Assembly: GCA_002269645.1 (NCBI GenBank)
Contig: NIVC01000924.1
Coordinates: 1 to 64,000, forward strand
Direction of reading: 5' to 3'
Length of the DNA: 64,000 nucleotides
Source: Macrostomum lignano
Taxonomy: Eukaryota
This document shows, piece by piece, positions 8,371 through 30,692 of this stretch; the first letter of the stretch is position 1; every line of letters starts with the position of its first letter. Made by a program: the position numbers and the translations under genes. The notes under the pieces were generated by a model that made no database searches, was not told the origin of the DNA, and saw only the letters and a program-made list of their open reading frames with translations.

Positions 8371-10773
8371 GATGAATATACATATATAAGCAATCTGAAG
8401 TTCGTGGAGCTTCTCGCCCAAGACGACCCTTGGTTTCGATTCTTCTCGCGGCGCTATACTCGTACTACTAAGGCACTACAGAAAAAATCACCAAGGTGAT
8501 TTCCAGTATTTAGCGCCTCTTTTTTTGGCAAGGGCGAAATTTTTAGTGCTATTCTAATACTGCAATAAACTTTTTTTCTTTATGTTAGAGTTCGCCTACT
8601 GATAAGTAGAAAGTATAGAGTATGGCGCGCAGAAAGTTTGGGCCGGCAAAGCATATCGCCATGCGAGAGTGCAGCAGAGTATAAGTAGAATTTCTGTTCT
8701 GAAATGCCGAAACTGGACGTTGATGTCGCCAGGGCTGCTCCCCCGGCCTTTCTAACTGACGAGAGCGTCGAGACTGAAGGCCCTATACTAGAGAACAGTT
8801 ACATCGACGGTCCATCATCTGACGCACCCTGACCACTTGGTATTACTTTTGTGGGTTGCGTCTTTTGTCGTTGGTTGTTTATTTATCAGTTTTTTTGCAT
8901 GGAAATTGGCCACCCTAGAACTTATTTCAAACTATGATTCACGTCCATGAGGGCCAGCCTGCCAAGAATATGTATATTATACATGAGGGTTCACTATATA
9001 TATATATCACTATATATATGAGGTGTTACTGTGTACATCCTGATGTACAGCCGTACATATGCTGAACTAATAACCTACTAATTACTTCTTCAAGTTATAT
9101 TCATTTAGAAAAAGTATTGTAACTCGTAATCCAAGATTAACTAATCGTTAGAATATTCAAAATAATATGAGTAAGTTTAAGTTTGGTTCAATATTGAGGT
9201 CTGAAAGCAAATTGGGAGCTAATTTTAATAAATACGAGCGTACTTTCTTTGCGTAATGTGCTACTAAAAGTAGAGCAGCCAAAAGAAATTCGAATTATTT
9301 TTAAAAGGAATGACGTGAAGATTTAAGATAGAGCTTGTCTTCACCGATTGTATCTAATATATTTTAGCAATAAATTCGTTTCGAAATATTTTTCTTTTAA
9401 GATACGCGATTCTGCGACACACGACTTACAAATCTCTCTGGGGGATAGGAAAACAAAAATACGAAGTTCATTTTTTTGAAGAAACAAAAAGTTGGTGATC
9501 ATGAATCTTGAATTGTTGTAAAAATAGAATCATGCAGAGAATCATCAAAAGTGATATATTGAGTTGGTTGCATCATTTGCAATGAATGTTTTGCTTTAAA
9601 ATAAATGAAAAAAATAGATGAAAAAATTCGTAAAAGAAAAACAGATTATAATTCTCTTAACACTTGAATCATGTAGTTCGTAAAAAAACAAATGAGGAAC
9701 AAAACGTTAAGAATAATGTTTTACCGTCGATTTAACAGTTTAAAGAAAATAAGTTTCAGATTTTCAAAGCTTCGAATAAATAATTATAATAGTCAATATC
9801 TCATAAATATGCAGATGCTTAAATTTAGCTTCAAGATTTAAAACATCACCGAAGAAAAATGTTGCACATCTAAAACAAAAATGATTGAAATTCGAATTAC
9901 ATCTTATCAGATTTTTGAAAGTGTAGATTCATGAAAAAAATTTAAAAAATCCAGGCGCTTCATTTACTTTGATTTTAATAGAAATCTAAGAAAAGTTGTA
10001 AATCTTCATAGGATTTAAATTGACTGGCTGGTTTTAATAAGGATATAGTATACTTACTGCATATACAGGTACATGTCTTTAGCTTTCTTTATTGTTAAAC
10101 TTGTTGAAACAGATGTTTTCATAAAAAAATTTATATGATTTTGCAAAAAATTACGAGTAGCAAAAGCGAAAAAATATTTTTTGTTACAATAAAGTGATTA
10201 AACAACGTTTTGATAGCTTCTTCACAAATTGCATTACCATATGCAGCTAGTTCCTAGAAAAGCAGCACATTATTTACATGGCTGGTAGGTTCAATATTAC
10301 ATGCATCTAGCTAGCTAGTCTTTAAGTTTTATAATTTTTTATACACTCTCAATATATTTTCTTTGTTAATCTTTTCCATTAATCGCAAGCTGCCTATAGT
10401 TCTTCGAATTTGTGGTTGCACTGCTGCTGTCAAGTACATGTACATGTTTAAACTACACAGGCACTGATACCACTGGAGAGATTCTTCCCTGGTGCCTTTG
10501 ACCACCAGGACCCTTCGGGAACAGGTCAAGAACTAAACAGCAATTGGGGGAGCCGGTCATATCCAGGGGATTGAGATCAAGAAGGCACTAAACACTAAAC
10601 ACGGGTCAGTGGGACTCTGCAGGCAAAAAATGTGCATCCGTGCTCTTGCCTGTACATGTACTTGCTGTATACATGCATACGATGCTTGAACATTTCATCC
10701 ATATGATTGAATTTTTTGTCGGGGGAAATATAGTTCATTTTACCAAATCACCAGCTGACGTCTAATTTTGATT

Positions 10774-12200
10774 TTAGAACAGAACAAATCCCCCAATCGA
10801 TCCAGCTTGGTTGCCAGTCGAAGTGGAGAAAGCAAAAATCACAGCCAGCACAGTTGCAGCCGCAGCGAAGGCCGGCTGGCCAGCGCTTCGAGCCGAGCCC
10901 TTGCCGACTGTGACGGGAGTGGTGCTCGGATTCTGCGTGGTCACACTGGTGGAAGCGCTTGCCGTCACGGTGGCTGTTACGTTTTTCGAAATCAGGACAG
11001 TTTCAACGACTCTAAAAATAAAAAATAAATGGGACTGAAATGAAACTACTTATTAAGTAAGTAGTATCACTGTATTTTCGAAGCTATGGATAAAAATCGA
11101 GGAAATATTTTAGATCTTAACTGTTGTTAGGGCGTTTATGTGCATATATACGGGTGAGAATTTCACAAGCCGGAAATTTTTATTTGCTGGAAATTTTAGA
11201 AACTGTAGCGATTTTACTTACCCGGTGATATTTATGCCAGTGGTAATGGTTTGAATGTCGTTGGTCGACAGGGTCACAGCCATAGGGTTGCTTTCAGTAG
11301 CGGCCCGTCTCTGCCTTTCAAGCAGTTGCTCATCCAATTCGTCGTCATCGAATGGTTCCTCAATTTCGTCGGCCAAGTCACGACGTCGTCTAGTTTTTTT
11401 GGTAGATGATTCCACCATGATAGTTGTTTCGGCCGTTGCATCCGCTGCAGCCGTAGTCGAGTCGGTAGCAGCAAGTGAACCAGTAGTTGAAGCGGTAGCA
11501 GCAGGTGCAGCTGTAGTTGAGCCGGTAGCAGCAGGTGCAGCCGTAGTTGAGCCAGTAGCAGCAGGTGCAGCCGTAGTTGAGCCAGTAGCAGCAGGTGCAG
11601 CCGTAGTTGAGCCAGTAGCAGCAGGTGCAGCCGTAGTTGAGCCAGTAGCAGCAGGTGCAGCCGTAGTTGAGCCAGTAGCAGCAGGTGCAGCCGTAGTTGA
11701 GCCAGTAGCAGCAGGTGCAGCCGTAGTTGAGCCAGTAGCAGCAGGTGCAGCCGTAGTCGAGCCAGTAGTAGCAGTGGAGGCGGCTGTTGTGGCGGTCGTG
11801 GTAGCTGTGTAAGTCACCGCCTGGCACAAGGTGCTATTGCTGCTGGGCATGAGACGAATGACGATCGAGGTCCAGTCAGTCGAGCCAATGACTGACAGAA
11901 TCGGCAGCTCCACTTGAACATTAGATATGGCTGTCACGCTGGTAGCTTCACTCTTCTGGCTAAGCCTTGAATTTATTTTAATTATGATATTTGACAATAT
12001 TACTGGATTACAGATATTGAAATATTGCTATATTATTTAAAATTGGATTAAAGCACACACATCAATGTTTGACGTGACTTACCAACTAACGGAGCCAGGA
12101 CAGCACACCTTGAAGTTCTCGCCCTGATTACAGAATTTGTTGTACGCATTTTGAATGGCCGTTTGGATGGCCAGGTGGAGTCCAACAACCTGTTTGATAT
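10774..12200 (-). CDS. Spliced mucin-like cell-surface protein with GPI-signal-like C-terminus (exons about 12190-12082, 11965-11222, 11011-10774; a Cys-rich exon near 13090-12960 may belong)
   Basis: Phase-compatible GT-AG junctions (ACCGG|gtaagt ... ttttag|AGTCGTT); (TGSTTAAPAA)n; RRRR and RQRR sites; terminal GKGSARSAG followed by a hydrophobic stretch. Confidence 0.75.
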
Positions 12201-12384
12201 TGCGGTTTTAACGGGTCGAATGAAATAATCGAAATAATATAGTCGGAAAAATTAGGTTTTCTTACCTTATTTGGAGATGGACCAGTCAATTTCAGAAAAA
12301 TATCACCAGATTTTTCCGTATCTAAAAGTTTGAGCCGAAGCATGTACAAGCTTTTAGAAAGAAGTTTGGAGAATTAATTGGCTT

Positions 12385-12885
12385 TGTTTGAGCACTCGTC
12401 CAGTAACTTTCCAACAAACACTGAGCACTCTTCCGGCAACTGTCCAACAAACACTGAGCACTCGTCCAGTAAGTTTCCAACAAACACCGAGCACTCGTGC
12501 AGCAACTTTCCAACAAACACCGAGCACTCGTCCAGCAACTGTCTAACAAACACCAAGCACTCTTCCGGCAACTGTCCAACAAACACTGAGCACTCGTGCA
12601 GCAGCTTTCCAACAAACGCTGAGCACTCGTGCAGCAGCTTTCCAACAAACGCTGAGCACTCGTCCAGAAGGTTTCCAACAAACACTGAGCACTCTCCGGC
12701 AACTTTCCAACAAACGCTGAGCACTCGTCCAGTAAGTTTCCAACAAACACCGAGCACTCGTGCAGCAACTTTCCAACAAACACCGAGCACTCTTCCGGCA
12801 GCTTTCCAGCAAACACTGAGCACTCGTCAAGCAACTTTTCAATAATCACTGAGCACTCATCCAGCAACTTTCCAACAAGTACTGT
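12385..12885. repeat. 33-bp minisatellite
   Basis: Unit about AACAAACACTGAGCACTCGTCCAGTAACTTTCC. Confidence 0.9.
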
Positions 12886-14024
12886 GCACGAATCCAGCGA
12901 TCACTATTGAAGCACATTCTACAAAATGAACCTAAAAATATAAATTTCACTGACTCACAAGCCGAGCAGTGCATTCCGAAGAAGCACAAATTTTCAAAAT
13001 TGCCGGTAGCATTGGTGCAGTTCTCCATGCCGTATCCTTTGTCGCAGGTTTTTGTATAGTCGCACTGGGCCCGATTACATTGAGCAGCAACGTTTAAGAA
13101 AAGACCTTAGCGAGGAAAATGTTTTGATGGAATTGATAAATGAACAGTAAGGAAGGAGGTTTGTTATTGTATTGAATGTAAAGTAAATTATGTCGCATTT
13201 AGCTCTTACCGAAGAGAAGGGCGGCAGTCAGACTTGAAGACACGTAAAGCATCGTAGTTTTAATTCCTTTTTAACCATGCAGGGTAAAGAGTATCAGTGG
13301 TCAGAGGTTCCGTGAAGCCGCAAACCTGCCCTGTGGGTTCGAATTTATACGCTCTAGAAATGGATGGAGTTTGGAGGCTGGGTTGGTCCTTGACTGTCGA
13401 TTAACAGCCATTGGCTCTCGGGACTCATCGCTTACCTGAGCAACCGAAAAATTTTGGGATCTCCTTCCATCCGATTCCCCAGCCAGCCTCTTCCCGTCCC
13501 CTCTTCGCTTGGCAACCGCCGCCCCAAGACTCACAAAGCATGAGGCCCCCTCACTACTCACGTACATGTCACTAGTTCGGTTGCTAACAACAAACCAGGG
13601 TAAACTTTGGAGTCTACTCGCTTGTTCTATCAGCTTTTTTGCTTTTCCCTCTGAGAAACGTTTTGCTGAAACTGGGGAGAGGTGGGGAAGAGAATAAAAC
13701 AATGGCGTCTCCCGTTGCTACGCCAACCGTGGACAAAGTTGCCTTAGAAAAACAGTGAACCGTACAATTTCCGTGTTTTTTTAGCCAAAGGCGACAGCTT
13801 GAAGCTGTAGGCTCTGCTTGTGCGAACTCGTTTTTTGTTTAATCAGCCAGCTATGGCTGCAGGTGAAACTAATTAATTGGCTGCATTTAGCGGAACTCTT
13901 ACGAATTATATGCTGAAGTACCGTGATCCTGCCGAATCCAATGGGGATGCTTCAGAACTCGATTCCCCAAGCAGGTTCTAAAAGTCACTTTTAGAAGACT
14001 GCTAAAAACTATGCGATCCCTCGC

Positions 14025-14292
14025 TACTCTAAAACTACTCTACTCTACTTTTGCTACTCTACTCTACTCTTGCTACTCTACTCTACTCTTGCTACTCTAC
14101 TCTACTTTTGCTACTCTACTCTACTCTTGCTACTCTACTCTACTCTTTCTACTCTACTCTACTCTTGCTACTCTACTCTACTCTTTCTACTCTACTCTTG
14201 CTACTCTACTCTACTCTTGCTACTCTACTCTACTCTTGCTACTCTACTCTACTCTTGCTACTCTACTCTACTCTTTCTACTCTACTCTACTC
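14025..14292. repeat. (CTACT)n pentanucleotide microsatellite with variants
   Basis: Direct reading. Confidence 0.95.
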
Positions 14293-15550
14293 TATCCCTC
14301 GCTAATCCAGCTGTCTTTTACGGATCTCGCATCTGTCGCTAATCCAGGTGTCTTTTCGGTGATCCCTCGCTTATTCAGGTGTTTTGGCGATCCCTCGCTA
14401 ATCCAGGTGTCTTATAGATGATCCCTCGCTAATCCTAGTGTCTTTTTGATGATCCCTCGCTAATCCTAGTGTCTTTTTGATGATCCTTGCTACATGTAAT
14501 CCTGGTGTCTTCTTGGCGGTCCCTCGCTAATCCATGTGTCTTTTGGCGATCCCTCACTAATCCAGGTGTCTCTTGGCGGTCTCTCGCTAATCCATGTGTC
14601 TCTTGGCGGTCCCTCGCTAATCCTAGTGTCTTTTTGATGATCCCTCGCTAATCCAGGTGTCTTATTGATGATCCCTTGCTAATCCAGGTGTCTTATTGAT
14701 GATCCCTCGCTAATCCAGCTGTCTTTTACGGATCTCGCATCTGTCGCTAATCCAGGTGTCTTTTCGGTGATCCCTCGCTTATTCAGGTGTTTTTGCGATC
14801 CCTCGCTAATCCAGGTGTCTTATAGATGATCCCTCGCTAATCCTAGTGTCTTTTTGATGATCCCTCGCTAATCCTAGTGTCTTTTTGATGATCCCTCGCT
14901 AATCCTAGTGTCTTTTTGATGATCCTCGCTACATGTAATCCTGGTGTCTTCTTGGCGGTCCCTCGCTAATCCATGTGTCTTTTGGCGATCCCTCGCTAAT
15001 CCAGGTGTCTCTTGGCGGTCTCTCGCTAATCCATGTGTCTTTTGGCGATCCCTCGCTAATCCAGGTGTCTCTTGGCGGTCTCTCGCTAATCCAGGTGTCT
15101 CTTGGCGGTCCCTCGCTAATCCATGTGTCTTTTGGCGATCCCTCGCTAATCCAGGTGTCTCTTGGCGGTCTCTCGCTAATCCATGTGTCTCTTGGCGGTC
15201 CCTCGCTAATCCTAGTGTCTTTTTGATGATCCCTCGCTAATCCAGGTGTCTTATTGATGATCCCTTGCTAATCCAGGTGTCTTATTGATGATCCCTCGCT
15301 AATCCAGGTGTCTTATTGATGATCCCTCGCTAATCCAGGTGTCTTATTGATGATTCCTCGCTAATCCAGGTGTCTTATTGATGATTCCTCGCTAATCCAG
15401 GTGTCTTATTGATGATCCCTCGCTAATCCAGGTGTCTTATTGATGATTCCTCGCTAATCCAGGTGTCTTATTGATGATCCCTCGCTAATCCAGGTGTCTT
15501 ATTGATGATCCCTCGCTAATCCAGGTGTCTTATTGATGATCCCTCGCTAG
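14293..15550. repeat. 30-31-bp minisatellite with higher-order block duplication
   Basis: Unit GATCCCTCGCTAATCCAGGTGTCTTATTGAT; block beginning ATCCAGCTGTCTTTTACGGATCTCGCATCTG recurs at about 14300 and 14710. Confidence 0.93.
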
Positions 15551-16047
15551 CGTAGGTCTGTTTTTTGGCGCTCTTGCACTATTTTCAGGGCACTACATGC
15601 GTACTAATGCGAATGAGACAAGAGGAAAAGTCTACCACGAGATTCAGACGGGATTATAGGCACAAAAATGAAAAAATGCTTGATTGATTGCTCGCCAGCT
15701 TGCTACCGCTTGCAGTTCTCCGTTGCCGTTGGTTACCGTGGCAAACAGACGATGCTTTGTTTGGCGGAGGGAACTTGGGAAGGATATGGCTGCGCTCAGT
15801 ATGAGGCTCTGTTTGTATTGAGCAGGTGTTTGCACGCAGATTGGCTCCCCAGGCTCCGGTGTCGCATGGTGTGGGGCTTCTGCTCAAGTCAGCTAACAAG
15901 CATGATGGAAAATGTTTGCCTTCGAGCTGGTCTCATGAGAGCTGCCCCTGCTGCAGTGCCGTTGTGTACTCAATGGATCCTGTTTTAGGCTCAGAAAACT
16001 GAAGTAAAAAATTTCCCGTGCATTCGAAATTGCCCAAATGCTTTGAT

Positions 16048-16650
16048 GATCTCGCATCCCAGGATCTCGCATCCCAGGATCTCGCATCCCAGGATCTCGC
16101 ATCCCAGGATCTCGCATCCCAGGATCTCGCATCCCAGGATCTCGCATCCCAGGATCTCGCATCCCAGGATCTCGCATCCCAGGATCTCGCATCCCAGGAT
16201 CTCGCATCCCAGGATCTCGCATCCCAGGATCTCGCATCCCAGGATCTCGCATCCCAGGATCTCGCATCCCAGGATCTCGCATCCCAGGATCTCGCATCCC
16301 AGGATCTCGCATCCCAGGATCTCGCATCCCAGGATCTCGCATCCCAGGATCTCGCATCCCAGGATCTCGCATCCCAGGATCTCGCATCCCAGGATCTCGC
16401 ATCCCAGGATCTCGCATCCCAGGATCTCGCATCCCAGGATCTCGCATCCCAGGATCTCGCATCCCAGGATCTCGCATCCCAGGATCTCGCATCCCAGGAT
16501 CTCGCATCCCAGGATCTCGCATCCCAGGATCTCGCATCCCAGGATCTCGCATCCCAGGATCTCGCATCCCAGGATCTCGCATCCCAGGATCTCGCATCCC
16601 AGGATCTCGCATCCCAGGATCTCGCATCCCAGGATCTCGCATCTCGAGAC
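16048..16650. repeat. Perfect 15-bp tandem array (39 identical units)
   Basis: GATCTCGCATCCCAG with no visible variants, ending GATCTCGCATCTCGAGAC. Confidence 0.97.
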
Positions 16651-18479
16651 GTGAACTGAAGAAGGACAAGTCCCGGATCAAGTGACGAAACCCCAAATTA
16701 ATGTGGCCGCCAACGGACTCTATAGCTTACACGGGTAACTGACACGAGATTCGCACACGTACTCGGTCCCACTGACCATGCATCTATACTACCTTAAAAA
16801 ATTCTGCAAGAATCAGACGAAGCTCCAAATTCGGAGCAGCTATCAAAACAAAGCATCTCAGAAAATGGGGTTGAGATGGAAATTCAGATCCAAAATTCCA
16901 TGGATTTTTCTGGAAACTGCGTGACTGTGTGAGGACTGGATTAGGAATAGGTATAGGGGAAGTTTACAGGGATGCTGCCTCTTCTCTTCCCTTCACATGT
17001 CCCTATACCTTTCTCTTTACTTAGCGTTGCATTTGTATCTCGTTGTCATGGAAACTATGCAAACTCACACCATAGGAGCAGCAGTAAGGGAGTAAATGTC
17101 TGCATCAATGAAAGAGAATTTGGCGTTTTTCCCTTTTTCGTGGATGAAAGACTCTGCGGTACCCTATCGGATCTACTCATATTCCATGTGTACATGCAAA
17201 CTTAGTGAATAAACACTGGCCTGGTTATCGATTGTTCCGCTTCCGCAAAGGTTGTTTTATCAATTATATACTTCTAGGATAAATTAATCTAACGAAATTT
17301 ACGAGGTGTTTATAGTAATTCTAAAACAGCGACCAAATTATGCCGAAATGCTAGAATCGCTTGATAGCCTAAAAATTATTACATGATTAAACCAATTTCG
17401 CAAATTTTCGTCCATGTCAACAAAAATTGGCAGAGCCAATAAGCCAGCTGAAAATCAATACAGTGTACATGTAAAGTTGTTTTTAATGTAACGTACATGT
17501 ATTTCATAAGCGTTATTTTTATTTTCATTATGATTGTCTTAATGTGGGTTATTTATTACCCCTAAAATTTAATAAAAAAAGCATGAAATTATATAGAATT
17601 TTTTAGTCCAAACACAATATTGATTAGGCGTCGGAACAGTAAAAACTATACCGGTGTTAAAAGAAATTTAAACAAATGTTAGCTAACAAATTAAAAGTTG
17701 GCTCGTAAATAAAGCTTTTAAATCTGTATTACCAATAAATGATAGTTTTATCTAAAACTTAGAGCAATAATAATAAACAAAAAACAAAAAGTACATTTAT
17801 TCGGCAAGTTTTCGTGAAGCACGATTTTAAGTAGACAAGACATTTTTTCATTTTGAAAGTATTGTAAGGGACAAAGCTTTTAGCTAAAAGCGTCGCTTTT
17901 TGCGGAGCAAGTTTTTACTGAACAAGTAATACACTAAGTTAATTATCCTAATCATGTACTGCAATGCTTTTGTTAGTTGGGAAATCCAAGACAAAGTTAA
18001 GTTGCGAAGCATAATTTCGCAAACAGTGCTTAACAAAAGTTCGGACATTGATGAGCCTATTGAGCAAGATAGGTAAGTTTTGTTCATTAAAAACATTTAT
18101 ATTCATCTGTTTATTTTTACTTTTCATTTTGTGCATTCAAATACTCAAACCATGCAAATATAATACTAAAAATAGTTTGTTATTATTTATTTATTATTAA
18201 TTTATTAATAATTCATGCACTTCTGAAATATGATAAATTAATTTTCACTTTAGTAGATTTTAAAAAGAATCTAGATTTTTTCTTTTGTTTTTAATGATAA
18301 AACTGTTAACCTCACATTTAATATTAAAATAATGCAATTAAAGATAACTTTATTAAAGTTAACAAAAGCCAAGGTTTGTTACCAAATATTTGTTATAATG
18401 CGTGCTTAATATTTCGCTTGTTTAACTTTGTTATACTATGCTTATACTGTTGCTGTTGCGTTGCTTTTTCAATCCGCAG

Positions 18480-27669
<9,190 letters not shown>

Positions 27670-28705
27670 TACCACACTGCACAATGGTCACTGGCACCAA
27701 AGCGTGCAGGCCCCGCTAAGTGTAAATGCAAAAGCTTAACCCAAGGAACCAGAATGAAAAATTGTTTCAAACCTGCGTTTTTTTGCATAAATCCTCTGTG
27801 GTGTCCTTCAAATAATGTTCGTTTTCTTTTCAAAAGCCGTCGCCTCGTTGCGATTTTTGAATACCATGGCTGTGCCCGGACCTGATTGAATTATCAATAA
27901 CCAGCTTTAACATAACTTCTTTGATTTACAAAGAAATATCAACCTATATTGAGAAAACCTCACTCCCTGCTCCCTTAAAGAGTTTTTTATTTTACTTTTG
28001 ATTTCTTTTAACACGTACAATACACACGTTTCTAATTTGAATTGTAATTTGTTTCCACAGTGTGTTACTTGTTATCATGTTTATTCGTGCAGTATTCTCT
28101 AACTTTTTAATTTGAAACTCTTCTTGATTAACAATTGAATAGAATTTTCAGCGGATCCTGTTGGCTATTTTGTGTTTTGTGTTTCTGCATTTTGTGTCAG
28201 TTTGTCCCATCTCTGAGCCCTGAGTAACCAAATTCGAAGACCCACAGGTTTTTGCCCATTTCGCTACTTAAAACTGACCGGTTGTCTGTCCAGATGTTTA
28301 GCTTAAGTTTGTCCTTGTGGTTGTCCTCAATGTTTAGCATCCCCGCTAATGCCCAAGCGCGAGTGTCAGTTCAGTACTACTTTGCTACCAAGCAATATTT
28401 ATGCATAGCGCTAAGTGTGTTAGATATGTGTAAAATACGTAAGAATAACCAGCACAATAAGACCAGCCTATAAATGAATCACCGGATATTTTGTGTCTCA
28501 GCACCGGGGTGAAATAAAAACACTGTTGGGCCATGTTTTTTATTTTTGTTCGTCTGTTTATTGCTTAGCATTCTTGAGTGCATTTTCTGGTGGGCAATCG
28601 CGAATTGCACTTTTGCTGCAGTGCAGCTCCGGAAGGACAGGAGGGGAAGGCGTTGATTGTATTCAGTGTCCACACTGCAGCTCGAAGGTACTGACTGAGT
28701 ACTTG

Positions 28706-28816
28706 ACTGACTGACTGACTGACTGACTGACTGACTGACTGACTGACTGACTGACTGACTGACTGACTGACTGACTGACTGACTGACTGACTGACTGACT
28801 GACTGACTGACTGACT

Positions 28817-28848
<32 letters not shown>

Positions 28849-29340
28849 GACTGACTGACTGACTGACTGACTGACTGACTGACTGACTGACTGACTGACT
28901 GACTGACTGACTGACTGACTGACTGACTGACTGACTGACTGACTGACTGACTGACTGACTGACTGACTGACTGACTGACTGACTGACTGACTGACTGACT
29001 GACTGACTGACTGACTGACTGACTGACTGACTGACTGACTGACTGACTGACTGACTGACTGACTGACTGACTGACTGACTGACTGACTGACTGACTGACT
29101 GACTGACTGACTGACTGACTGACTGACTGACTGACTGACCGACTGACTGACTGACTGACTGACTGACTGACTGACTGACTGACTGACTGACTGACTGACT
29201 GACTGACTGACTGACTGACTGACTGACTGACTGACTGACTGACTGACTGACTGACTGACTGACTGACTGACTGACTGACTGACTGACTGACTGACTGACT
29301 GACTGACTGACTGACTGACTGACTGACTGACTGACTGACT

Positions 29341-29372
<32 letters not shown>

Positions 29373-29392
29373 GACTGACTGACTGACTGACT

Positions 29393-29424
<32 letters not shown>

Positions 29425-29460
29425 GACTGACTGACTGACTGACTGACTGACTGACTGACT
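28706..29460. repeat. (GACT)n microsatellite
   Basis: Direct reading. Confidence 0.98.
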
Positions 29461-29595
29461 GTTTTTATACCTCAAAATAAGCCCTGAAGAAGGCCAGGTT
29501 CTGGCAGAAATATCGGTCGATTTAAATAAGTTCGATTAGACTAATAATTAAGAGAAACCCACTCTGCGTGCGTGGCTTTGCATTGGCATTCGGCA

Positions 29596-29795
<200 letters not shown>

Positions 29796-30692
29796 TACAA
29801 TAACGAATCTATATAAATCTCAATGAACCAGCCTTCTCAGAGCCACTTGGGCTGAGCTTCCACTCCCCAGAGGGCTGCTGGGTGCAGAGTAAACAGTTCC
29901 CTGCATTCCCAGCAACCTTCCTTGCATTCCTAGCTCCGCAGTCGGTGGCCGCATGCAGTTTTATCCTTGTTGGATTCCCAAAGTAAAATATGTTTGATGC
30001 TTGTCAAGGATGCCGTGCCTCAACTCATGCTTCAACCCCCTCTTGTCCGGAATCAGATTATCTGCAATGCCCGGCTCTCGAACTCTCGAGCTGGCAAGGC
30101 AAAAACTCATCGCATCAGGAGTGCAATATGTTATTGCATGAAAGATGCAAGTCAACAAAGCTGGGGCACTTGAATGAGACTATACGGGTTACTTTGCAAA
30201 CATCTGTCTCTTTTAGTAATTTTTTCTAGTTTGCCAAATGTTTCAAGTCAAATAAAATTTTGCTCTCAACTTTATCTTTCGACAGACAAAAGAAGAGAAG
30301 ATCGAGTTGAATTTGCTATTTACCGAATAGAAATACCTGAATAGTCGGATTTTGCTACTTACAGTAGGCTGAATGCAAATTATATTTTAAAGGTGGATTA
30401 AAGAAATTAGGCTAAGCCAAAATTAAAAATTTTTAAAGTTAGTTGTGAACCAGAGCATACTCGTGCACAAAGAAAAATTTAAAGCCTTTAATGAGGCTGC
30501 GACAAGTTACTGACAGCAAGGTTGACTGCCAACATTTCAATCGCCAGTAATAGATGGCAGTCAGATGTCACTGGCAGCCAAATGTCACTGACAGTCAAAT
30601 TTCACTGACAGTCAAATGTCACTGACATTCAAATGTCACTGACAGTTAAATGTCACTGGCAGTCAAATGTCACTGACAGTCAATTGTCACGG

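Larger units (their letters stand above)
1..8469. mobile_element. Polinton/Maverick (adintovirus-like endogenous dsDNA virus), right arm; left part outside window
   Basis: Tightly packed intronless cluster of pPolB, adenain, A32 ATPase, major and minor capsid genes; subterminal tandem repeats; ends in ...TATACTCGTACTACT (8455-8469), matching the Polinton AGTAGT...ACTACT termini. Confidence 0.93.

Noticed and set aside
8612-8635. Degenerate inverted similarity to the Polinton terminus
   Set aside because: Only about 20 of 26 positions with gaps; could be chance and no further homology is visible
8700-8775. GAAAC ... CTGACGAG resembling a hammerhead ribozyme core
   Set aside because: Required stem II pairing and the UH cleavage triplet are absent
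13301-13702. 133-aa minus-strand ORF
   Set aside because: No recognisable motif, no convincing splice or start context
12322-16696. Long ORFs in 12.3-12.9, 14.0-15.2 and 15.9-16.7 kb
   Set aside because: Stop-free translations of tandem repeats, open in several frames
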